Part shown: positions 27,050 to 39,289 of the stretch, piece by piece | Layout of the letters: the number at the start of each line of letters is the position of its first letter | Position numbering within the stretch: position 1 is the first letter of the stretch | Assembly: GCA_964016885.1 (NCBI GenBank) | Contig: OZ024741.1 | Coordinates: 162,998,001-163,062,000, forward strand | Reading direction: 5' to 3' | From: Eledone cirrhosa | Lineage: Eukaryota | DNA length: 64,000 nt | Notes under the pieces: generated by a model | Told to the model about the DNA's origin: nothing | The model's database searches: none | The model's input: only the letters and a program-made list of their open reading frames with translations | Position numbers and translations under genes: made by a program

Positions 27050-27870
27050 ACATGGATTGAACGAATATATTGAGATGGATGAGTTGTAGAGATTCAACAA
27101 TAAAAATAGGACACGTACAGGTAATGAAATAATAAATCAACTAGATACAGAGGACAATCGATATTTTTATATAATTATTAGTTAAGATGAAAGAAACAAT
27201 GTTAAAAAGACATTAAAAAGAGATGCTTCTCAAATAATAAGTGGATCTAAGTTGTAAATATTGAGATTGAAGTAGTGTAATAATGGGAATAATTCCTGGT
27301 ATTTTAAAATAAAAACAGACGTAAGAGCAGAGGCGAAAGCACTGATATTTGCAACGTTGACTCTAGGGAAATTCCATACTGAGAAAATGACTAAATTTCC
27401 AGCATGTAAATTCACAAAACGCCGAAGGTATCTCACATTTAAATGAAAGCATTAAATTAGCTGAGAAGAAATACACGCGAAAGCATGATAATAGAGCATC
27501 GAATCAGCCATCGGGAATCATTTGGAAAATATAAATTAAAAATGAAAAGAGAAATTATATGACTATAAAATAAACGGTATAATCGTGTCTGAAGGAAACA
27601 AATTCATTTGAGATTTTGCCATTATATTTTACCGTAAGATATTCGTGTACTGAAGAATAAATTAAGAACGGTGTATTGCTATTAGATTATATAAGAACAT
27701 TTCAATTTGGTATAAAATAACAAAACAATGAAAATCGGAGATGAGAAGCTTGAGATTACAAATATTCAGTCGCAAAAGATCTCGTAATGCCAATAGCAAA
27801 AATCTATGTAGGCATGGTCTCTAATAGACTAAGCAAATAATTAACTAAGTAGTCATCAAAATTCGAAGAA
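27050..27870 (+). mobile_element. Highly decayed R4/Dong-like 3' remnant
   Basis: Scattered peptide traces (KYTRKHDN, *DF, and just downstream LLATTNTLRKVL) align by eye with the RLE region of the intact ORF. Confidence 0.35.
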
Positions 27871-28711
27871 AATGTAGCTAAACCATATTTTATTGGCAAC
27901 GACTAATACATTAAGGAAAGTGTTGAGGGTGAAGATTAAGCGATAAATGAAATACAAAAGCAATGTAAGACTCGAATTTATTCGTTGCGAGTAAAGTGTA
28001 AATTCAGCAAATTCTGATCCATCTACGAACATAGGTAGTAAACCATCAACGCTCTCGATACTAATGTTAACAGCAATTAAATTAATGATTTCTACTATAG
28101 ACACAAGGCCAGTACATTTTTCTTTAAGGAGGGGGGGTCGATTAAATCGATCTCCAGTAGGTTACTGGTGCTTTATTTTATCCAACCGTAAGGATGAAAG
28201 GCTAAGTTAACATCGGCGGGATTTGAACTCAGATCATAAAGGGCCGTAACTCTATGCCGCAAAGCACGGCGTGCGTCCTTCTACCGAATAATAATAATAG
28301 TGTTTAATTTAGACACAAGGTCAAAAATTTTTTGGGAAAGACAATGTCAATAAATCTACCAAAATACTTGGCTGGTACTTTATTTTATCAACTGTGGAAG
28401 GTTGAAAGATAACGTTGTCTGTGGTGGGTTTTGAACTCGCAAATTAAGAGCCGGAACAAAAGCTACACAGCATTTTGGTCGAACCTTTAACGATTATGCT
28501 ATCTCCCCCCCCCCACTCTCTTTCTCTGACACAGACACACGCACGCGAGCGTGAGTGCGTGATTGTTCCATTCTTTTCTAAGCGTATGGTTGAGTAGCTA
28601 TAAGAGAAACATTGCATGTGGAAATATATATACTACACATACACACTCACACACACACTCTCTCTCTCACTCTTTCACACACACACACACACGCACACAC
28701 ACACACACACG

Positions 28712-28784
<73 letters not shown>

Positions 28785-29507
28785 ATATACATATACGTAT
28801 AGAGATAGACAGACAGATAGATAGAAATAAAGAAAGAGGGAAATAGAGAGAGAGGTGCGCGAGAGAGAGAGAGAGGGGGGGGGGAGAGAGAAAGTGATAG
28901 TTTGAGAAAGAAAGAAATATGGAAGAAGGAACAAAGATAGATAGAAAAAGAGATAATAATGGTTATATTCCCCATGTTGGTTGATAAGTTTATTATTTTT
29001 CCTAAAACTTCCTGGCGAGTGGAAATCTTCAATACATTTCCAAAATTGGCGTCAACCTTTTTTTGGTTATATTTCATTTCGAAAGCTGAACCCCAGGCAA
29101 TTCCAATAATATAACGTTCATTTGCAAATATAGTTTCTCCTCGACTTCAGCATGTTTTTCAATACATCATGCTGCCTATCGAATTCTCAATTTGCAGAAT
29201 TCATATCCTTATATATGGGTTTCATTCTAACCTTCTTCCCAGATGAAAAAAAATTGCTGCTTATTTCGTTTCTTACCACAATCGTATAGGACGTTTGGTG
29301 GTATTGGCTAATATCTTATAACTTGTTATAGTATCTTATTACGAGCTGGTAACATGCGGCTCTATTAATTTGAAGGGAGTTAATCAGGTTAAAGAACTAC
29401 AGAGTTTATTTCTAATAATAATATGGAATGAAGTTTGCTATACGTCACGAACAAAGAGGATATTTTTAACATATATACCTCGAATCCATATAATATATTA
29501 AATGGAA

Positions 29508-29597
<90 letters not shown>

Positions 29598-29714
29598 CCA
29601 TTATATATATATATATATGAAGGAACGATCGACTTTCGTCAAATCGGACCGAGGAAACAATGTTTCCGTTGGTCTTTCCAATTGCTAATACTATCTATCG
29701 GTCGCAACTCCAGG

Positions 29715-29853
29715 TAGAAGGAGCAACGTGAAATAAAGTGTCTTGCTCAAGGAGATAACGCATGGTCCAGGAATCGAACTCACAACCTCACGTGAAGGCG
29801 TGTGGCTGAGTGGTTAGAGAATTGGATTCGCAATCGTGAGGTTGTGAGTTCGA
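29715..29853. mobile_element. Back-to-back tRNA-SINE heads
   Basis: Plus strand GTGGCTGAGTGGTTAGAG (A box)...GTGAGTTCGAT (B box) at 29802-29853, with an inverted head at 29715-29795. Confidence 0.7.
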
Positions 29854-30274
29854 TATATATATATGCATATATATATATGCATATATATATGTACATGTAT
29901 ATATATGTGTATATATATATATATATATATGATAGACTCTCCCGTCGATATCCGATGTATGAATGAGTGTGTCCAACAAAAGTTATATGTGAGAAAGTGA
30001 ACTTATGTTGAACTACCCACACAAAGTTTTGTTTTAAGGGGTGAAGGCTTGTGTAGGACCAACCACAGTTTTTGGAACTGACGACACATATCTTCGGTGC
30101 AAATGTTTGCCACGGAGAATACAAAGACAGCCCTCAGCTTTTCATGCCTCGGAGTTTAACCTGTCCGTATATGAAAAAAAAAACTATTTGGATGGCCGTT
30201 GACACTGCTGAGTTCCTCTGCCCTTTGCCGGGTCTTGTATTTCAATTTCATCTCACAGGGTGTCCAAATATCAC

Positions 30275-30499
30275 CCTCCTCACAAAGCAAGCTTGGTGGG
30301 GTTGCCGGTTTAGTCGCCGGCGACCCGACCATAAGACAGGTGGTACTCGTGAGCGACCTGACATATATCTATATATATAGATATATGTCAGGTCGCTCAC
30401 GAGTGCTACTGGTAACATGTAACACAGTACCACTTGTCTCATGGTCGGGTCGTCGGCGACTAAACCGGCAACCCCACAAAGCTTGCTTTGTGAGGAGGA
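30275..30499. repeat. GC-rich fold-back palindrome
   Basis: Arms of about 100 bp (CCTCCTCACAAAGCAAGC...GCTTGCTTTGTGAGGAGG) centred on ATCTATATATATAGAT. The right arm has an insertion of about 25 bp. Confidence 0.9.
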
Positions 30500-31711
30500 T
30501 AATTAAACAAATATATATAAATAAATCAAATGGAAAATATTGGGTCGTCAAGTATGAAATTTGTAGGCATATGTAGAAAAAAAACAAATCTCTACCAATT
30601 TCATACTTGATGGCCCAATAATTGAAAATGATGTAATACTATTCTAATCTGTCATCACTTTTCTACTACTGAGTAAATGCCCTCGTTGTATTTCCTCCTA
30701 GATTTCGATGTTAAATTTCCCATCTCCAATGTTTTTCATCTCTATCCAACTGATCCAATCGTGTACGTTATTATTCTTTTCCCTGGCAGTAAATATACAT
30801 ATATATGTGTGTGTGTGTGTAGGAGGTGAATTTTATTGTAGTACAATAAAGCAATGCAAATATCGGATAAGTAGCACTCTACAGTTTGTAGGACTGGAGT
30901 ATAAATAATATAAGATCAAAAGATTTTTCCTCCTTAGTTCCTTATATTTGTGTTCCTTTCATGCTCATCTGACTTTTACATATTACATACTACAATACAT
31001 AAAAACAAACCCTAACTAATTTCCTTTATTATATTATATTATTACCATTAGAAAATATTTCGTAAACATATATATTTTGATGTTAGATTTTTTTCTTTCT
31101 CAAACATTATTATCTTCTTTGTTTTCTGCGCGCATTTGTAAACAAACTATTTACATATATTACGCACACATATTACATTACATAAAAACAAACTTAAACA
31201 CTAAATAATTCCTCTAAATTCATAACTCATCCACTCTTCTACTTCTTTCCACAGTATATCCTTAATAACATTAATATTTTTATTTTAATAATACATATTA
31301 ACAATTTCTTTTCCTCGCACATATTATTAAACCCTTCAATATAAAAACCTTAATTTAATATTATTCTTAACCCCCCCCCCTTTTTTTTCTCTTCATCAAC
31401 TCTTAATTTCAAATTCTTTTAAATTATCTATTATCTTCCAACGGCTTTTTAACTTCTCTCTGTGAGACAATATATATTTTTCTCAGTTGTAAAGGCTATC
31501 TCTCTCTCTCTATCACCCATCTCTCCTCCTCTCTCATCCTTCCTTCTTATACTCCTCCCCCACCATTCTCTACTCTCATCTCCTCCTCTTTCTCACCCTT
31601 CCCCCCCTCACCTTTTCCCAATATCACACATCAATCTTAAATTATTTTTCATATGTTGATTTAAAACTTCACTATTCACAAGTGTTTTTTAACCTTCATA
31701 TCATGTATCCC

Positions 31712-31782
31712 TATTTTATCTGATGAAAACGCAGATATCATCTCATGATGATATTTGTTTTTGAAATGCTCATAGTAAAATA
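31712..31782 (+). ncRNA. Type-I hammerhead ribozyme, AUA site
   Basis: TATTTTAT-CTGATGA-AAAcGCAGATATCATC tcat GATGATATTTGTtTTT-GAAA-TGCTCA-TA-GTAAAATA; 8-bp helix I and about 15-bp helix II. Confidence 0.82.
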
Positions 31783-31817
31783 CTTGGAACTCTTTTAACC
31801 ATCTTTTGATCTTATAT

Positions 31818-31847
<30 letters not shown>

Positions 31848-31852
<5 letters not shown>

Positions 31853-33381
31853 TAAAATAACAGATTAAAGTTTAAGCTAAGAATCGCTGCTTTCACCCTT
31901 AACGGGATCTTCTGAAACTAACAAAGTCCATCTGTGAACGCAGAAGTGAATATTTCAAAAGACGTTGCAACCGGAGGAAGACAGGAAGACGAGACTTTGG
32001 TTCGTGGAAACGTTCCCTGTCAAAGAACGGGCAAAAACGAATATAATACGTTATTATTTGGAGCGGTGAAAAACAATTACACGCAAAGACAAAACCACGT
32101 TTATGGTATAAAAGAGGTCGTAGACTAATGTTCTCTTAGGTGGTTCATAGAGACGTTCTCTGGCAATGAACGGAAAAAATGAAGATAATACGTCATATGT
32201 GGAGCGGGGAGAACAGTAGCACGCAAAGACAAAACCACGTAAATGGTATAACTGAAGTCGTAGACTAAAATTATAACTAGGTAAAACCGAATGATTCTCC
32301 GCTTCAGAGTAAATAAAATACAGAGGTAATTGAAATTAAATAAATACTTACACGCATCCATATACGTACATACACGAGCATACGCGAAAACACTCGCTAT
32401 AGGTATACAAAAACACGCACGTACATAAAAAAAACCCCAAAACCCCGCACGCACATACAGAACCCACGCAATGCCTGTACCCGCACGCATACGAATGTAT
32501 GTACCAAATACACATAAAAATATATATAAAAAAAAATAAAGTTAAATAAAAGTCAAATGATTAAAATTTAACTTCGTTTATTACAGCAGTAATAAACGAA
32601 GCTAAATTTTAATCATTTTACTTTTATTTAACTTTATTTTACACTACTCCGGAGTAACTAAACCAACCTGCGCACTTCGTCGAGTGCTCCAGCCTCCATA
32701 CTAAGGTGTTGGTATACAACCAACATAAACTCAAAATCTATAAAAAAAAAAAATATATATATATATATGTGTGTGTTTGCGTGTATACATATAATTAAAT
32801 AAACGTATATAAATAAATAAATACGTATATAACAAGCTCACACACATACCTACATGTAAATACACATATGTTCGGAGACGTACGTCAACCAAAACACAAA
32901 GTACACATATACACACACCCTACATACGTACGAACCCACATACTCACACAGACGCAAAACTCACGTATACACATAACCAAAAGCAAATGTACCTGAATAT
33001 ATAATATATACGCCAAAACATATACAATCAAATATACGTACGAGAAAGTATACGTACCTTCACAAAACATACAGGTAATATATACTTGCCTATACAAATA
33101 AGTAATGGTATAAACATAAAATATAATTAGCTACCACATCAAGAAGTAAAATATCCGTTAGGGTATAGTTCGTACTATTCGTTAGGGTATAATGTGGGGC
33201 TGTAATACAGGAAAGTATTGTGCAATTTATGTTTACAAGCCTAAATTGCCTCAGATTTTTTGTTTAAGATGTGGTCTAGGGCGTAGAGTATTTCCAGGGC
33301 CACATGGTCTTTTATTTCCCTTATACGATCTAGCCCTAGCTATACGTTTATTTAATTATATGTATACACGCGCGCACACAC

Positions 33382-33474
<93 letters not shown>

Positions 33475-33475
33475 G

Positions 33476-33509
<34 letters not shown>

Positions 33510-34276
33510 TTTATATATATTTTTATGTGTATTTGGTGTATACATTCGTATGTGTGCGGGTACAGGCGATGCGTGGGTTCTGTATGTGCGTGTTTTTTTT
33601 ATGTGTACGTGCGTGTATTTGTATACCCATGGCGAGTGTTTTCGCGTATGCTCGTGTATGTACGTATATGGATGCGTGTATGTATTTATTTAATTTCAAT
33701 TACCTCTGTATTTTATTTACTTTATTCTTAACTCTGAAGCGGAGAATCATTCGGTTTCCTAGTTATAATTTTAGTCTACGACTTCAGTTATACCATTTAC
33801 GTGGTTTTGTCTTTGCGTGCTATTGTTATCCCCGCTCCACATATGACGTATTATCTTCGTTTTTTCTGTTCATTGCCAGAAAATGTCTCTATGAACCATC
33901 TGATAGAATATTAGTCTACGACTTCTTTTATACCATAAACGTGGTTTTGTCTTTGCGTGTAATTGTTTTTCACCGCTCCAAATAATGACGTATTATATTC
34001 TATTTTTCCCGTTCTTTGCCAGGCAACGTTTCCTCGAACCAAAGTCTCGTCTTCCTGTATTCCTCCGGTTGCAACGTTTTTGAAATATTCATTTCTGCGT
34101 TCACAGATTGACTTTGTTAGTTTCAGAAGATCCCGTTAAGGATGAAAGCAGCGATTCTTAGCTTAAAATTTAATCTGTTATTTTAATAAATATTTGCTCT
34201 ACGGTTCTTATATATTTGATATATATTTATCCTTATCGATCTCTCATTTGATTTTAGTCTTCAAATTTATTATTAT

Positions 34277-34280
<4 letters not shown>
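31848..34280. mobile_element. Long inverted pair (about 680 bp arms) of the 'CAGAAGA' family with nested inserts
   Basis: 31848-32520 is the reverse complement of about 33515-34190, with moderate divergence. Confidence 0.85.
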
Positions 34281-34354
<74 letters not shown>

Positions 34355-34360
34355 TATATA

Positions 34361-35000
34361 TGAACAGGTGATTATTTAATCATTTTTTAATTTATTTAGA
34401 AAATTGTTTAATAACCGTTTGTTTCGCTACTTTTATATTGTTCTGGTATCTCGAATTAGTGCCATTGAACCACATGTATTATAAACAACTTGAATATTTC
34501 TACAAGTACATTGTACCTGTTGAGGTATCCATCCACTTCTATAATTTATTCTCCTTACGTAGAGAACAAAATGTTGAATAATGCTGCTAATTTTAGTGGC
34601 AATTCGACATGTTTATAATATCCAGCTTTTATCAGCGACCTGATTTGCGTGTGTGTCACTTTAACGGCTTGACCGCATGCGTTGGGCAGGGAGCATAATA
34701 TTTACTTGCTATACCTTATAGCGTGGAAATAGGGCTGTCTGAAGATTCATTTCTTTCCATTGGAAATTCGTTGGATTTCCAATCTTTCGGAATGATGAAA
34801 CCGTCGGTAACAGCATCTGAACAGGTGATTATTTAATCATTTTTTAATTTATTTAGAAAATTGTTTAATAACCGTTTGTTTCGCTACTTTTATATTGTTC
34901 TGGTATCTCGAATTAGTGCCATTGAACCACATGTATTATAAACAACTTGAATATTTCTACAAGTACATTGTACCTGTTGAAGTATCCATCCACTTCTATA
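34361..35000 (+). mobile_element. 457-bp unit x1.4 hammerhead-bearing element between (TA)n arrays
   Basis: TGAACAGGTGATTATTTAATC at 34361 and 34818, followed by about 180 bp of near-identical repeat. Confidence 0.85.
34734..34814 (+). ncRNA. Type-I hammerhead ribozyme, GUA site
   Basis: GCTGT-CTGAAGA-t-TCATTTC...ATTGGAAATTC gttg GATTTCCAAT...GGAATGA-t-GAAA-CCG t CGG-TA-ACAGC. Confidence 0.85.
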
Positions 35001-35080
<80 letters not shown>

Positions 35081-35322
35081 ATCTTCAGAAGATCCCGTTA
35101 AGGGCTAAAGCAGCAATTATTTGCTTAAACTTCAATCTGTTCTTATAATATATATATATATATATATATATACAGTATTTTCCGTTGTGTTGTAATATAA
35201 ATATTACACACAGTAGATTATCAGCTCACGTAGAGTTTGCTCGACGGTTCCAGTTGTAGTTCCAAAAGTAATCCGGAGAAAAATAGAAAGATTTGAATGG
35301 ATACAGTTTAGTTGAAAGGAAT

Positions 35323-35439
35323 TTATTGACACGTGTTTCTATAACAGTTACATAACCTAAAACAGCTATCTACAAACTTTTAGTTATGCAGACATTCAAT
35401 ATTTCAATGTTATTATTTACTGTCATTTCATCAGAATAA
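35323..35439 (-). ncRNA. Type-I hammerhead ribozyme (inverted copy of 36831-36947)
   Basis: Reverse complement of the plus-strand copy. Confidence 0.82.
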
Positions 35440-35475
35440 TATTACTGAGGACCTATTTAGTTTTTATAGAGAATA

Positions 35476-35880
35476 TTAGGAGGCAATAACTGCCTGGAAA
35501 AAAATATTATTTATAAGTGTACCATTAAATCCGGAGGCAACGAGTGGTATTACGTGGGATCAACGGCAACATCGTTTAAATCTCGATTGTATAGGCATTC
35601 TTACTCAATAAAACACCAGAGCCAAAGAAATGTAACAACTTTAGCAGAGAAAGCTTGGACGCTCAGGGATAGCAATCAAAAGTTTACCCTAAAATGGGAA
35701 AAATTAGCTAAAACCCAAAGCTTTTCCAGGAGCCAAAATTTCTGCAAATTGTGTAATCTTGAGATTTATTACATAATCACACACAAGAAGAAACTGCTGA
35801 ATAACAGAATTGAACGAACATTATTCTGCCGTCACAGAACTAAAACCCTTTTTTCCCACTACAAGCCGAATATTACATAA
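35476..35880 (+). pseudogene. GIY-YIG endonuclease domain of a Penelope-like element (open, N-terminally truncated)
   Basis: NCLEKNIIYKCTI...WYYVGSTATSFKSRLYRH...TTLAEKAWTL...CKLCNLEIYYI...LLNNRIERTLFCRH. Confidence 0.9.
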
Positions 35881-36151
35881 AAGAGGGACATCCCCCAACT
35901 ATATAAACCTTAATCTAGTTAGAAAAATATAAAAACAATCTCTTTTCAACATATATTAATAACCTTAAATTACCATACTAATAATGAAAAGATATGCTGA
36001 TGAGAATAGGTACAAATATGCGATAATGAATGTGTCTAAAAACGTCCATAAGTATGTGTATATATATGTGAAAATGTATATAAATAAGTAAATATATATA
36101 TATGTTTGATGTGTATAGTTAGATGTAAGTGTATTCATGTATTAAAGTGCT

Positions 36152-36186
<35 letters not shown>

Positions 36187-36209
36187 ATATGTGTGTATAT
36201 ATGTATGTG

Positions 36210-36240
<31 letters not shown>

Positions 36241-36830
36241 GTATATGTATATATGTATATATATATGTGTATGTATGTATGTGTATATGGATGTGTATGT
36301 ATGTGTATGTGTGTACACATGGACTAGAGTATGTATGTATATATGTGTGTGTCTATACGTGTGTATATATAAAGATAAGTTGAGTATGAAAATGTATACA
36401 CATGAGCGCGTATGTATGTACATGAATACATGTGTGTATATATATGTGTATGCATGTGTATATATATGTAAGTATGAATATGTGAATTGTGAGTATATGT
36501 ATTTTTGTAGAGGTGTGCAAATATATTTGTGTGTGAATGCGTGGGTGAAAGAATACGTACACTTGAAAGAAAAATTTAAGTCTGAATGTTAAGTGCAAAC
36601 ACAAAACCAACCACGCATATCTTTACTATCTCTAATCCTTCTATAGATTTAGAAAAATAACCAATAATATATTCTATAAAAATGTCAAAACAACAGATGG
36701 GAATCTAATTAATCACTGCCACCAAGAATTCTCACTGCTATCGAAAAACCACTCCTTCAACTATTCTTCTAACAACTTCACCCCTTCCTCCTAATATTCT
36801 CTATAAAAACTAAATAGGTCCTCAGTAATA

Positions 36831-36947
36831 TTATTCTGATGAAATGACAGTAAATAATAACATTGAAATATTGAATGTCTGCATAACTAAAAGTTTGTAG
36901 ATAGCTGTTTTAGGTTATGTAACTGTTATAGAAACACGTGTCAATAA
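36831..36947 (+). ncRNA. Type-I hammerhead ribozyme with branched helix II, GUC site
   Basis: TTATT-CTGATGA-a-ATGACAG[two internal hairpins]CTGTTAT-a-GAAA-CACGTG-TC-AATAA; palindromic helix III. Confidence 0.85.
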
Positions 36948-36981
36948 ATTCCTTTCAACTAAACTGTATCCATTCAAATCT

Positions 36982-37027
<46 letters not shown>

Positions 37028-37030
<3 letters not shown>

Positions 37031-37471
37031 AAAGTTTTATTTAAGATTGTTGGGTTACAACGAGTAAATATTTTATAACTGATATAAAAGCACTCAACAG
37101 TTTCTGGAGTAGGTTTACGATATTAAACAAATGGAAACTATATTTATAAAACTATATTTATTTCGTTATATATATTTCTGGGATATCATATTAAAAATAT
37201 GTTATGCCTTCCTCAGACAAAATACAATACATAAGCTGTTTTATAAATAATTAGTGACATACCTTGTGATAATGCAACTTCCTTTACCAAATCAACTTTT
37301 TAAAAGGAAGTTGCATTATCACAAGGTATGTCACTAATTATTTATAAAACAGCTTATGTATTGTATTTTGTCTGAGGAAGGCATAACATATTTTTAATAT
37401 GATATCCCAGAAATATATATAACGAAATAAATATAGTTTTATAAATATAGTTTCCATTTGTTTAATATCGT
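37028..37471. mobile_element. Fold-back element with two hammerheads (37159-37224 minus, 37364-37429 plus)
   Basis: About 170-bp inverted arms with a short spacer near 37286-37300; same family as 41400-41860. Confidence 0.85.
37364..37429 (+). ncRNA. Type-I hammerhead ribozyme, AUA site
   Basis: TATTTTGT-CTGAGGA-a-GGcATA a CATATT ttt AATATG a TATcCC-a-GAAA-TATATA-TA-ACGAAATA. Confidence 0.78.
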
Positions 37472-38106
37472 ATATATATATATATATATATTTATTTAAA
37501 GAGCTCGGGATTTCTTCTCCTTTGAGCACATTATTTACAGGGAACGGTGAGAGTCTATGGCTCCGTTAATGTATCGTGATATATATATATATATATATAT
37601 ATTTCTGTCCAGAAATAGCCGTTAAAACAGCTTGATCTCTGCCGCCGGGGTCATACTTTTTCCTGTATATATATATATATATATATACATATATAAATGA
37701 GAGGTATAGAGATTGTTTTAGCGAGAAGCTAATAGTATTCTATAACATATATGCGACTATAACGTCAAGATGGGAAAAGTAGTTAACGTAAGATTTAGGA
37801 AAAATAATTCAAACTCATCTCATATGTATATATTTATATATATATTTATATATATTTATATATATATATGTATATATTTATATATATATATATGTATATA
37901 TTTATATTTATATATATGTATATATTTATATATATATATATATGTATATATTTATATATATATATGTATATATTTATATATCTTCTGAAGATAAGAAAAT
38001 ATTTGCTCTACGGGTTTATATTTATATTTTATATAGATAATATTTATATTTTATATAGATAATGCCTATCGAGCTCTCTTTGGATTTTAGTTTTCACATT
38101 TATTAT

Positions 38107-38168
<62 letters not shown>

Positions 38169-38351
38169 AAGGAATTGTGGTGAGGAACCAGATGGACCAT
38201 AACGCACCAGAGTACTCAATACTTAGTGTAGTATAGTGGGAAATAGCAGTCGAAACGGCTTGAGCTCTGCCGTCAAGGTCATACTTTTTCCTATATATAT
38301 ATATATATATATATGATAAAGAACACAAGAGCGTCTACAACATCAAAAGAT

Positions 38352-38411
38352 TTTTATTGGCTTACAATGTTTCTTCCTTACGTAACCGTAGGATTCGTCA
38401 GAGCTATAAAA
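38352..38411 (-). ncRNA. Type-I hammerhead ribozyme, GUA site
   Basis: TTTTATaGCT-CTGACGA-a-TCCTACG gtta CGTAaGGA-a-GAAA-CATTG-TA-AGCcaATAAAA. Confidence 0.78.
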
Positions 38412-38966
38412 GGGCTTTGATTGGTGTTATGGATTCTACCAACCAAACATTCAAGAACAAAGAGTAAAGAGAGTAAAGAACAAAAGTAGGGGACGATAAG
38501 TCTAATTTTGGTGCGGGAGGGTGGGGTGTGGGTCCTTGTTTACTAGCTGCGGTCATATTCATATATACATATATACGTGACTGCGGTTGGATATTGAATC
38601 ATATATAAAATATCCATGTATAAAACATTTTTGAAATCATGCTATGAATTTTAAGTCGAAGATAAGCTAAAAGCTTATAGTGTTTATGCTTATCAACATC
38701 GGCTGACCATGCTCGTCTGCACACAGACCAAAAGGTGGTGGGTTCAAATTAATGGCTGGTGTTGATGCTCTGACAAAGCATGATTGAAACGTTCTTTGTG
38801 TAGTATATTGAATCATATACAAATTGTTCATGAAAATAAAAATGTTGTAGCCTCGGTGATTTTTTGACCACTAGTGTTTAGCAACCAAGCGGGAGCATTT
38901 CGTATATAATCACATCGCAATCACGCCATGTCAGAGCATAACTATCTCTCATGTAAAAATATATAC

Positions 38967-39012
<46 letters not shown>

Positions 39013-39251
39013 GACGTAAAATAAGAACATTTTAAAAATTAAAAATTAACTTACTTACTAAAATTTTCACTCCAACTAATTAGTTTCTGTAATGGGATAA
39101 ATATAGTTACACAATATAACTATCGAGAATTCAATACGTCATCAGGGAGTCTATTCTCAGCTAAGTTCCCAGGCAATGCGCGGACACTAGGAACCCATAT
39201 AAAAATAATAATTCAGTGGATGTAATAAGCTAGCGAGGACTAAATTCCATA

Positions 39252-39283
<32 letters not shown>

Positions 39284-39289
<6 letters not shown>

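Larger units (their letters stand above)
35172..36987 (+). mobile_element. 5'-truncated Penelope-like element with inverted pLTR copy
   Basis: About 200-bp inverted repeats (35283-35483 and 36788-36987), each with a hammerhead, flank a GIY-YIG fragment. (TA)n on both sides. Confidence 0.88.
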
